From assembly GCA_047947115.1 (NCBI GenBank), contig CP170459.1:4992001-5056000 (forward strand): DNA of 64,000 nucleotides. The letters are read 5' to 3'. This DNA is from Verrucomicrobiota bacterium. GTDB taxonomy: Bacteria > Verrucomicrobiota > Verrucomicrobiia > Limisphaerales > AAA164-E04. Shown in pieces: positions 50,280-59,722 of the stretch. A program made the position numbers and the translations under genes. The notes under the pieces are model-generated. The model searched no databases and was not told the DNA's origin. It saw only the letters and a program-made list of their open reading frames with translations. Position 1 is the first letter of the stretch; the number at the start of each line of letters is the position of its first letter.

Positions 50280-51761
50280 TCAATTAACCGAATCATGCTT
50301 ACCGTCTTGTTTTTCACCCCCTGCTGATCCCTCAACCGCACCCTTTGCTTCCAGTTCACTGGCAGCAATCCGCTCCAGGGCAACCTTCACACGCAAGTCA
50401 CCAGGATTGACTTCCTGCGCTCTGTTCAAAAATTCTTTCGCTTTCACAAAATCCAGGCGCTCCTCATAGATCTGACTGGCAGCTATATATGCTTCAGGCA
50501 TACTTGGCTGATGAAGAATTGCTGTTTCAAAGGAACCAAGTGCCTCTTCATTTTGTCCCGTTGACATCAACGCAAAGCCCCGGTTGAAATGGGCATCCCC
50601 AGCGGATGGAGACAAAGCAATGGCCTTATCAAAACAGTCGATGGCTTCTTCCAGTTTTTGTTCATTTCCCAGCACCAAACCGAGCTGAATCCAAGCCAGG
50701 AAATTTTGATCATCCAGCTTAAGTCCTTCACGCAAGTTTGTTTTGGCTTCTTCCACTTTTCCTTCCCGCATCAACAGGTCGGACTTGATCAGATAGCCGT
50801 GGGTTGATTGTGGATATTCCTTCAGTATACGGTCCCCTAAGGGAATCGCCTCCTGCATTCGACCATGCGACATCATTAATCGATAATCTTCCAGCATGGC
50901 TTCCAACCCCACTCGGTGAACCGAGGCCATGGCAATGAACGGGTCCATCCAATCCATGTCTTCGGGAAGAATTTCGGCCGCTTTTCGTGTTGATTCCGAC
51001 TTTTCCAAATCTCCCAAACTCCTCAAAGCAACAGCCAGGGATTGTTGGGCCCTTTTGCGAGTACAAGGATGCGCATCACAACGCTCAAGAAATGCCTTGG
51101 CCTCAGCAAATCTTCCCTGCTGATTTCGAATCATCCCTAGTCCTAGCAATGCAGCCTCGTTATCAGGCGATTGAGCTTGGATCATTGAGAAAAGTTTTTC
51201 AGCTTCGTCAAACTGTCCGTTTTCCAGATACACATTCGCCAGTCGACGACGTATGGCCAATTGCTCTTCCGGTTTGCCGTTCTTTTCTATCAAGGCACTG
51301 GCCTCGGCAAGCAAGGAAACCCCCTTTTGCAAATCATCAGGAAAATAACAGATACCTTCGAAATACTTCCATTTCGCACTACTTTTACTTAGATTAAAGG
51401 CCTGCGAGAAAGCCTGTTGAGCCTCCTCTCGAAATTCATGCACCAAACAAGTCAATCCAAGTGCTCCCCACTTTTCATCAGAACCAGCATTCTCCCGCAC
51501 CACTTCCACAGCCTGTTGGATAGCTGCGGCAACCGCATGATCCGAAATGTCTTCCGGGATTTCCGGAATTTGGACCTTCAACTCGCTGGTCTGTTTTGGT
51601 TCAGGTGGTTTGGATTGCTTAAAGAAAAACAAAAATAACACTACAACCAATCCCGCCACAACCCAGCCCCAAAAAGGCAACTCTTTGACTGGTTTATCCG
51701 CACGAGCAGATTGCAACTGTTGTTTTATCTTTTGCCTGTTTTGTTCTCGTCTCTTCTTCAT
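50280..51761 (-). CDS. membrane-anchored TPR-repeat protein
   Basis: N-terminal TM and multiple TPR motifs (AWIQLGLVL..EEAIDCFDKAIALSP). ATGA overlap with the upstream gene. Confidence 0.88.
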   Translation of the reverse strand: MKKRREQNRQKIKQQLQSARADKPVKELPFWGWVVAGLVVVLFLFFFKQSKPPEPKQTSELKVQIPEIPEDISDHAVAAAIQQAVEVVRENAGSDEKWGALGLTCLVHEFREEAQQAFSQAFNLSKSSAKWKYFEGICYFPDDLQKGVSLLAEASALIEKNGKPEEQLAIRRRLANVYLENGQFDEAEKLFSMIQAQSPDNEAALLGLGMIRNQQGRFAEAKAFLERCDAHPCTRKRAQQSLAVALRSLGDLEKSESTRKAAEILPEDMDWMDPFIAMASVHRVGLEAMLEDYRLMMSHGRMQEAIPLGDRILKEYPQSTHGYLIKSDLLMREGKVEEAKTNLREGLKLDDQNFLAWIQLGLVLGNEQKLEEAIDCFDKAIALSPSAGDAHFNRGFALMSTGQNEEALGSFETAILHQPSMPEAYIAASQIYEERLDFVKAKEFLNRAQEVNPGDLRVKVALERIAASELEAKGAVEGSAGGEKQDGKHDSVN

Positions 51762-53599
51762 TTTTGAATCTGCCCCGAACCCTTTTGCAGTTGAACATAC
51801 CCGTTAGCTTTGCCTGCGCCAAATGACTCACGCTCCCGGCCTGGCCAAATCACTTGAATGTCATCATACTCTGTCGCACTCCCCAATCCGACAATCACAC
51901 GCGGATCATTGGCGCACAGGTAACTGTAACCACTGTGCACCACTGACCGGAATACTTGACCTTTCACAATGACATCAACGATCGACCCCAAAGCCGTCCG
52001 GCCTCCTTGATCAGGAAGCACGGCGCTGATACCGACCCAGTTACCCCGCTTTGAAGCGACATTCTGAAAAACCCTGACAGGTGAACCAATGGGGGTCATC
52101 ACCAGATCCAAAGCCCCATCGTTGTCCAAATCGACCGCAGCCAAGCCTCTTCCGACATCTCCCTTGTCGCTTAGGTCAGGATTCATACTGGATATCTCAA
52201 CAAACCTGCCATCGCCATCATTTCGATAGGCCTGCGCCCGCTGTGCATACGGTTTCCAGAAATCCCTGACTTCATCTCGAAACGTGCGGTCTTGAAAATC
52301 GTTTCGACGAATCGCTCCGTTGACCATCACCAGATCTGCCCATCCGTCTGTGTCAAAATCGGCCAGGATGGTTCCAAAAGCAGTTCCTTTCCATTGCCGG
52401 GTCAACAACCCGGTCACAAGCGTCCTGTCGGTGTAAATCCCCGCGGGTCCCTGAGTCCACAACGTATGGTTTTCCGTTTTTAGATGCGTGATGAACACGT
52501 CCAGCAATCCATTGCGATCGACATCAGCTATCCCAATCCCCATATCAGCCTTGGCTTGGCCAATGCCGTCCACGGCAATCCCCCGCAGACCAGCTTCCTC
52601 TTTGAAGGTCCCATCGCCTTGATTGACGAACAACCGGTTGGGTTGCATATCATCCGCAAAAAACAGATCCACAAGACCATCACCGGAAAAATCCAGGCAA
52701 ACCACCCCCAAGCCGGGACCGGGCTTCGCGGCTAATCCGGATTGAACACTCACATCTTGAAATTGAAATGTAGTGACTTCCCCCGAACCTCCGAGGTTTC
52801 GAAAGAGCTTGCTTGCCGAGCCTGAAAACTGTTGCGGTCCGCAAAACTCCGAATCACCTCTGGGACTTCTGCATTTTTTTGAGGGATCATAGTGAACATA
52901 ATTTGCAACAACGATATCCAGCCACCCATCCGCATCATAATCAGCAATCGACACAGACATGCCCCAGGCTGAGTTGACAAGTCCGGACTGCGCGGTGACA
53001 TCTTCGAACGTTTTACCGTCACGGTTGCGAAATACCCTGATGCCCTGATATTCGGTCAAAACCAAATCATCCCACCCATCATTATTCAGATCCCCCACTC
53101 CCACCCCGTGGAAATACCCTCGAAGTCCGAGTTGATATTCGGCTGTCTTGTCAACAAAACCTCCATTAGCTTGCTGGACATACAGACAGTTCCCGGGTGA
53201 GTCTTGACTCACAGTCATCCTCAGAAAATACAGATCCATCAAACCGTCCTTATTAACATCCAAAACCCCCACTCCGGACCCGACACTGTTGGGCATATGA
53301 TATGGGTTTACATGGTCAGGTTCGTTCACAAATTCAGCCACCACATCTTTGGTGACATCTTTGAACCAAACATCAGTATCTGACACTTGGATTGATTGCT
53401 GAATGCCCGATGATTCAACTTCACCTTGATTCGCCGTATTTAAAACAGAGTCAGGCCAACAACCTGCAAGGAGAAGGAAAAAGAGGCAGGACAATCCTCG
53501 AAAAGCTCGATGGCGCGCGAGGCATTGGGTCACGTAATTATATGCTGCATATGTTATCAACGGTATATTCCTTTCCAAATTCACCTTAATCGCCACCAA
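51758..53599 (-). CDS. CRTAC1-family FG-GAP/VCBS + ASPIC-UnbV lipoprotein
   Basis: Repeated DxNxDGxxD motifs, lipobox LLAGC, C-terminal GYSYLCANDPRVIVGLG..IQVIWPG. Start possibly GTG at 53533. Confidence 0.9.
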   Translation of the reverse strand: MVAIKVNLERNIPLITYAAYNYVTQCLARHRAFRGLSCLFFLLLAGCWPDSVLNTANQGEVESSGIQQSIQVSDTDVWFKDVTKDVVAEFVNEPDHVNPYHMPNSVGSGVGVLDVNKDGLMDLYFLRMTVSQDSPGNCLYVQQANGGFVDKTAEYQLGLRGYFHGVGVGDLNNDGWDDLVLTEYQGIRVFRNRDGKTFEDVTAQSGLVNSAWGMSVSIADYDADGWLDIVVANYVHYDPSKKCRSPRGDSEFCGPQQFSGSASKLFRNLGGSGEVTTFQFQDVSVQSGLAAKPGPGLGVVCLDFSGDGLVDLFFADDMQPNRLFVNQGDGTFKEEAGLRGIAVDGIGQAKADMGIGIADVDRNGLLDVFITHLKTENHTLWTQGPAGIYTDRTLVTGLLTRQWKGTAFGTILADFDTDGWADLVMVNGAIRRNDFQDRTFRDEVRDFWKPYAQRAQAYRNDGDGRFVEISSMNPDLSDKGDVGRGLAAVDLDNDGALDLVMTPIGSPVRVFQNVASKRGNWVGISAVLPDQGGRTALGSIVDVIVKGQVFRSVVHSGYSYLCANDPRVIVGLGSATEYDDIQVIWPGRERESFGAGKANGYVQLQKGSGQIQK

Positions 53600-53682
53600 A
53601 CACCCAAAGCAAGAAATTAACCGAACAAACCCCCTCCCAACCGTATCAAATGGAATCCCCTTTCTAAAAATTGTGTCTTAGT

Positions 53683-53712
53683 AAAAAAAAGGCACCCGGA
53701 TACCCGGGTGCC
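53683..53712 (-). terminator. intrinsic terminator of the giant secreted protein gene
   Basis: GGCACCCGG stem followed by T8 on the minus strand. Confidence 0.85.
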
Positions 53713-53754
53713 CTTGATTATTTTCCAGTTAATACTTAAACAGGTTGTAAAGAA

Positions 53755-56700
53755 TCATTTCTTCTTACCTTTGGCTCCGGGATTGCCAGGAGTGTTTCCT
53801 GGATCATCGTTGCCGCCGTTGTTGTCATGACCCGGAGTATTGCCGTCAACACCGTTGCCAACACCTTCGTTGGCTTCTGAGCTGCTCGGGCTGACTACGT
53901 TCACCGTGTAGGTGGTGATCGTTGTATTACAGCCATCGGTGGCAGTTGCCACAAAGGTGATCACATTGCCATTACCTCCGGCATCCACAATGGTCACGTT
54001 GATCAGACCGGAATCGGCTTGCTCAAACTCAACGATCGTGTCAGCGGTCTTGTCGGTTACCTTACCTTTTGCATTGGTCTTGGCAGCACTGTAAGTCACG
54101 GCCAAAGCAACGTCGCAATTGTCGCTTGCTGCAATCTGGAAGGTCACCGGCGCATCCGCAGGTGTGATGTCGGCTGCGTCACTGGCGATAACGGGCGCGG
54201 TCGTGTCTTCAACGGTCACAACCTGAGTAGCCACGGTAACGTTGCCACAGGCATCCGTAGCTGTCCAAGTGCGGGTCAAGGTGTAACTGCCAACACAGGT
54301 ACCGTCGGTCTTGACTTCGTCAAACACCAGGCTCGGAGCATCACAGGCGTCGGTTGCGCTCACGCTGGCCACTGCTGGCACTGAGTCGCATTCCACCGTC
54401 ACATCAGCAGGAACTCCCACCAATGCTGGGGCTGTTGTATCTTGAACCACAATGAGCTGATCTCCACTCACAGAGTTTCCGCTTCCATCAATCGCGGTCC
54501 AGGTGCGAACAACAGTGTAGGTGCTGCCACAAGTTTCAGTCACAACATCGTTGTAGCTGACATCCACTAAGCAGTTGTCCGTAGCAGTCGCGCTTCCGGT
54601 TGAAGCAACGCTGGTGTCTGCTGGGCATTCCAGTGTCTGATCAGCAGGAATGACCAACACAGGCGGAACCAAGTCAGTAACGGTCACCGAGATCGTACCG
54701 GAAACGGTTTCTTTACCATCGGTTACGGTGACGGTCACAACGGTTGTGCCCAATCCGTATGGTCCGGCGGGATCAGCCGTAATCGTCAATTCATCACCAT
54801 CTGGATCGCTGGTGCCAGCCGCCAATTGAGAGGCAGTGATCACTGCCTGACAATCTCCGTCTGCGTCAGCGCTGAATCCTTCAGGATTCAAAACCAAAAC
54901 AGGAGGCTGATTCGAAGAGACAACCGTTGAGTTGGTGTTGTTGTCTTCATTGAACTCGTTAACCTGACCATCGGGATCCACCATGGCCAAAACGTTCAAT
55001 GCGGTCTCACCAGGAGCGAGTGCGTCTTCGATCGTGATGCTTACATCTTGCTGACCTTGGGCAAAACCAGACAATTCCACTGCTGCAGCTCTTCCACCGA
55101 AGAAGAAGCGGATTCGAGTATCAACGTTAAGAGCTGCATTGACATCCTCAAACAAGGCGACGGTAGCTGTAACGACTGCCGAATTATTGACTTCATTGTA
55201 AACAGCGCTGATAGCTGGAACAGACAGATCACTTTCGGTATATACCAAAAGGACATCCGCAACACTGTCAGAAGGCAAGTCGTTCGGGTTGGATGAAACG
55301 ACTCGGAGACCCACGGTCAGTGTTTTCGGCTCATTGAAGATAACGTCGATGGTTTGACCGCAGGATGAACCCGCAGCAGGATCTTGACCTGTCAACGCAT
55401 CGTCAACAGAATCACCGTAGATTCCATCACCATTCAAATCCCAGCACCATGACACGATGGTCTCACCGGGATTAGGATCATAAGATTCGCTACCATCCAA
55501 AGTAACGGTCTGTCCAGGGCGACCTTCGTAGTTGGGAGCCTGAGCAGCTGGAATAGCGATCGAGATGGGAGGAACTGGTGTTCCAGCTGGATCGACAATA
55601 TGAATCACCGTATCGGTAGAATCCGTGGAACCAAGATCATCCACAACGGTCAAGGTGACATTCAAATCACCGACAGAATCCACCAAGTTGGCAGGTACAA
55701 CCGGAGCAACTCCTGTTGCAGTGCCAGTTTCACCACCGATCTCAAAGTCCCAATTGTAAGCAACAATCGTGCGATTCGCTGGGTCAGCGTGATAAGAAGT
55801 ACTTCCGTCTACGATGAATGAAGCGCCAACGGCAAACGTGTCTGAAGCCACAACAATCTCAGCAACAGGCAGCGCCTTGGTCACACCGCGATTAAGCAGC
55901 AGAATGGCGTGGGAGGTACGAATGTGACTTCCATAGCCAGTCGGGCTACCGTGCAAATTACCTTGCCAGGATCCATCGACTCCCTGACCAAACGCATTGC
56001 CTGCAGACTTAGGTGTTGCATGATGGTTGTGTGTCGTTTTACCCAACAACCAATCATCGATCTCACGCTGCCAGTCTATAGAACCGAGTTCTGGGGTGTT
56101 GATCGTTTCAATTTCCTGAATGGCCAAGCCCTTCTTGATACCGAAGGCTGTGTAATAATCACCGTTCCCAGCCCAAAGTGTTTCGTAAATTGTATAATTT
56201 GAAGTATGTTTCTGGTAGAAGTTCTGCCCAATATAATTGGCAGCACGAACAGCGTTGTCATCGCCGTCAGCAACCCATTTGTCACCCAAAGAGAATCCAA
56301 CCAAACTTCCGCCAGTCATACCGGCATTCGTCCAACTTCCTCCGCCTAAGTAGCTACAACCACCATCGGCAAACTGAGTATTCTGAAAACCAAGCACACT
56401 ACGAGCACTCAATTCAGGTTTCACTGGATATCCCCAACGATCGATCGCTGTGCGCTGAGCCAGGGCGACCCATTGCTGAGCGGAACCATCCAATCGACCA
56501 CCATCACCAGTCATGTTGTAAACCCAACCACCGTCGCCTCTTTTGGCAACCCAGAACTGATCGAGGACATCGCCAATAAACTCGTAAATAGTGCTTCCTG
56601 CGTGAGGTCCTGCAGCAATTGTTGCAGATTTAGCGGCCTCTGCTGTAGGATAAGAAAACGTAACCCCCAGAGCCATGATGCCGGAAGCATAAACAGGCGC

Positions 56701-57459
56701 CCAACTTGTGTATGCGCCTTTATTGTTTCCGTTATGATCAAACTCACCAGAAGTGGTGGTGGATTGCAGATATCCACCGTTACCCTCAGTAATGAAATTA
56801 ACCGCATGCTGAGCAATTTCAGAGTAGACGTCAGCTACCCGGTCGTTGCCTGGCAAATGGCCATTTTCCGCAAAAGCCAAAAGAGCCAAAGGTGTGCTTG
56901 CACTGGCCCTGTGCGCGGTGTCCCAGTAGGCGCGGCTGCCGGAGCGCGTGGCACGGTTGTAAAGGTTCAGCAAACCGTATTCAATCGCAACGTTAACCTC
57001 ATCTTCGTGTTCGCCCGGCTCGCGCACATCAATTTCGGCGGAACGGGAAACAGCGGTAGAATCATCAGCACCGTTTTCCTTGACGGTCAAGGTCACCACT
57101 TTCGGGCCCTTGGCACCGAAGGTGTGCAAGCGAGAAATGAAACTGTTGCTTTCATTAAAGCTAGGGTGATTATCAAAACCATCTCCAGGAACATGCCAAT
57201 TGGCATCCTGAACGCCATCAACAGTCCACTTGTATTGGTAACTGCCAGAACCACCCCAGGCACGTCCCCACAAGGTGATTTGCTGGTTTTTGATGGAGAT
57301 ACCATACTTACCACGGTTTTGACTGTTACTTGGCATGACGGACACGCTCTGTGCCATTGCCTGCTGCGCCATGGACAGCAGCATCGCAATTGCCAGACCG
57401 GCCATGATGAATGTTTTGCCGCCAAACAGGCGACTTAGTGTTAGTTTATTTTTGGTCAT
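53755..57459 (-). CDS. 1234-aa secreted multidomain protein: PKD, alpha/alpha barrel (terpene-cyclase-like repeats), 2 PKD, CARDB, Ig/HYR-like repeats, Gly/Asn/Asp tail
   Basis: Signal peptide ending AMA. Motifs GGWVY..DGSAQQW, QGVDGSW, LDGSESYDP..WDLNGDG, VDPDGQVNEFNEDNN and RTWTAxDxxGN repeats. Confidence 0.85.
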   Translation of the reverse strand: MTKNKLTLSRLFGGKTFIMAGLAIAMLLSMAQQAMAQSVSVMPSNSQNRGKYGISIKNQQITLWGRAWGGSGSYQYKWTVDGVQDANWHVPGDGFDNHPSFNESNSFISRLHTFGAKGPKVVTLTVKENGADDSTAVSRSAEIDVREPGEHEDEVNVAIEYGLLNLYNRATRSGSRAYWDTAHRASASTPLALLAFAENGHLPGNDRVADVYSEIAQHAVNFITEGNGGYLQSTTTSGEFDHNGNNKGAYTSWAPVYASGIMALGVTFSYPTAEAAKSATIAAGPHAGSTIYEFIGDVLDQFWVAKRGDGGWVYNMTGDGGRLDGSAQQWVALAQRTAIDRWGYPVKPELSARSVLGFQNTQFADGGCSYLGGGSWTNAGMTGGSLVGFSLGDKWVADGDDNAVRAANYIGQNFYQKHTSNYTIYETLWAGNGDYYTAFGIKKGLAIQEIETINTPELGSIDWQREIDDWLLGKTTHNHHATPKSAGNAFGQGVDGSWQGNLHGSPTGYGSHIRTSHAILLLNRGVTKALPVAEIVVASDTFAVGASFIVDGSTSYHADPANRTIVAYNWDFEIGGETGTATGVAPVVPANLVDSVGDLNVTLTVVDDLGSTDSTDTVIHIVDPAGTPVPPISIAIPAAQAPNYEGRPGQTVTLDGSESYDPNPGETIVSWCWDLNGDGIYGDSVDDALTGQDPAAGSSCGQTIDVIFNEPKTLTVGLRVVSSNPNDLPSDSVADVLLVYTESDLSVPAISAVYNEVNNSAVVTATVALFEDVNAALNVDTRIRFFFGGRAAAVELSGFAQGQQDVSITIEDALAPGETALNVLAMVDPDGQVNEFNEDNNTNSTVVSSNQPPVLVLNPEGFSADADGDCQAVITASQLAAGTSDPDGDELTITADPAGPYGLGTTVVTVTVTDGKETVSGTISVTVTDLVPPVLVIPADQTLECPADTSVASTGSATATDNCLVDVSYNDVVTETCGSTYTVVRTWTAIDGSGNSVSGDQLIVVQDTTAPALVGVPADVTVECDSVPAVASVSATDACDAPSLVFDEVKTDGTCVGSYTLTRTWTATDACGNVTVATQVVTVEDTTAPVIASDAADITPADAPVTFQIAASDNCDVALAVTYSAAKTNAKGKVTDKTADTIVEFEQADSGLINVTIVDAGGNGNVITFVATATDGCNTTITTYTVNVVSPSSSEANEGVGNGVDGNTPGHDNNGGNDDPGNTPGNPGAKGKKK

Positions 57460-57575
57460 AATATATTCTCAATAGAGATTATTACATCACCATTGAGGAT
57501 TGATTTAGTGGGTTTGGACTCAATTAAAGGCTCTTTAAACCTTACCGCATTCCTTCACATCGGATGCAAGCCAAG

Positions 57576-57591
57576 AGCAGCATGTATGCCA
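57576..57591 (-). promoter_or_regulatory. candidate sigma54 (-24/-12) promoter
   Basis: TGGCATACATGCTGCT has GG-N10-GC spacing and lies ~117 nt upstream of the giant gene. Confidence 0.55.
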
Positions 57592-58065
57592 CAAACATAA
57601 ATACTAATCACCAAACGATTCATCTCATTGATGACATGCTTTTTACGTATCCGACAATCACTTCTTCCAGAATAATCGCCACACATCTTACTTCTCTCTA
57701 TTTCGCAGTTGTTCGTATTTACTCGGAAATATTCACAGTTCCTCGCCCAGTGAAGGTGCTAATATTCCGAATAACACTCCCTAACTCCCACAAAGGCCAA
57801 ACCTCAGACAACCCTCGGTTCAAATTAGCAGACCTATCTCTTGCCAAAAGAACTAGGAAAGGTGACTTCATTGCCAATTCTAATCAAAGGCGACAGGATT
57901 TCCAACAGCATCACCCTCGCCATCATTGAACCAGCTATTTGACGCAGTTTTGACATACGAATCGCTCAGTTTAAGGACTGATTAGCTCTTTTTAATCTTG
58001 CTGTCGGCTTGCTCCTGTATTAGACAAAGAGATAAGACTTTGAGTCGACACTCCGTTCATTCCAA

Positions 58066-59142
58066 ATGCATTCAAGTACCAAACACCACACCGGATCTTC
58101 CAACGTAGTTCTGATTGTCGGAATTGCGGCCTTCGCGGCGTTAATATTTCTAGCCATGTTTAGCGGACGTTCCAACGAGGATGCCCAGGAAAACTTCTCA
58201 ACAAAAATACCATCAATAAACGACCAACCATCTTCTCCTGTTTCCAATGCAGGTGGCAGCGACTTTGCTCGCAATACATTCAACACTAGCTTGCAATCAA
58301 GAGGAAACAATCCATCTGAAGCAGGCGACCCTGATCAGCATTTCAGCACCACGATCGAGAAAGAAATCGAGACTGCACTCATGCACGGAAGCCGATCAAC
58401 CCGCGAGCAATTATTGCAACAAATCGCAACGCTACTTGCTACAAATGATTTAAACCGGGCCACTGCTCTCCTTGAGGAGATTCTTGCCAACAACAAAACC
58501 GAACACGCGGCACCCGTATTTGTTAAGGCTGTGGTGGATGAACTCATGCAACAAGATCCTGACCTGGCAGTAGCCTGGGCGGATGCCCTCCCCGAATCTA
58601 TGGGTAATCTGGCACGGGATACAGCGCTGAAAGCATGGTTGGCAAGCGATGTTTTCGCTGCAGCGGAATGGGTGAATCACCTGGAAGAACCGAATCTACG
58701 AAAAACCTTCACACAACAGGTAGCCTTAAACCTTCTCAATGCCCCACCATCAGCTGAAGCTCTGAACTGGGCACAAACTCTTGCCAATTCACCAGATGGA
58801 AGCCAGCACATGGACAGCATTTCGCGCATTTGGGCAAAGAACGACCTAAATGGCGCTTCCCAATGGGCTCAAGGCTTATCTGATCCAGGCGATCAAACAA
58901 AGGCGACAACCGGTGTGGCAAGCACTTTGGCCGAACAAGGCCTTGATGCCGTAGTGAATTGGGTCAGCCAACTCCCCAACGAAGATGGTTATCGAGATGA
59001 GGTCATCATGTACGTCGCATACGATCTGGATGGTCAACACAATGGAATGGGCCTTGAACTCGCCAAAAAATTCAATCACATCTACTCCATCGAACGCGAA
59101 CAATCGGGTTCCGTTACCTCCATCCCAACCCCCTCCCAATAA
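58066..59142 (+). CDS. membrane-anchored helical-repeat protein, paralog of 47026-48102
   Basis: Same length (358 aa) and layout. Repeats DPDLAVAW, DVFAAAEW and DLNGASQW. Ends SGSVTSIP. Confidence 0.75.
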   Translation: MHSSTKHHTGSSNVVLIVGIAAFAALIFLAMFSGRSNEDAQENFSTKIPSINDQPSSPVSNAGGSDFARNTFNTSLQSRGNNPSEAGDPDQHFSTTIEKEIETALMHGSRSTREQLLQQIATLLATNDLNRATALLEEILANNKTEHAAPVFVKAVVDELMQQDPDLAVAWADALPESMGNLARDTALKAWLASDVFAAAEWVNHLEEPNLRKTFTQQVALNLLNAPPSAEALNWAQTLANSPDGSQHMDSISRIWAKNDLNGASQWAQGLSDPGDQTKATTGVASTLAEQGLDAVVNWVSQLPNEDGYRDEVIMYVAYDLDGQHNGMGLELAKKFNHIYSIEREQSGSVTSIPTPSQ

Positions 59143-59722
59143 GGACGTTTCTTAAAGGCATCGAATTCCCCCTCCGAGGGATGAGTGCCTAATTCAGTCC
59201 CGTATCAAACGTTACAATCCACATTGATTGTCCCTTCTCGCCAACCATTTCCGCATGGATGAAACGTTCATGCAATGCGTCGGCGCGCTTATTTTCTTGA
59301 TTTCTTCTAAGGTAAGAGGCGGCAGATAACTCTTACTAGATGAACCGCATGACTAACACCTCAATAAAACACCCTCCCCAACGATAGGGATTCACATGGG
59401 TCGTATTAAAAACACGTAATGAATGGAGAAAACTAAAACAAAAAGGTGCAACAAAGTGTATAAGCAGCTTAATCACAAAATTTTTCCGTTTGAACAACTT
59501 TGAAACGAATGCGTCTAAAATTCCAATTCCATTTTAATTCGGACTACACGCAAGTATTTTGAAACAAAACAGGCATCTTAAACGTTAATTCTGAATATAT
59601 TATTACATTGACGAACATGAAACAGGTCCAAGACGGACAACAGACCGAAACCTTGGTTGCTATTGTTGTTAAATGAGATATGATATCCGGCACAACCACC
59701 TTTGCACAATGAAGCCTAAATA

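Noticed and set aside
56473..57438. 321-aa plus-strand ORF
   Set aside because: Antisense to the giant secreted protein, explained by codon bias.
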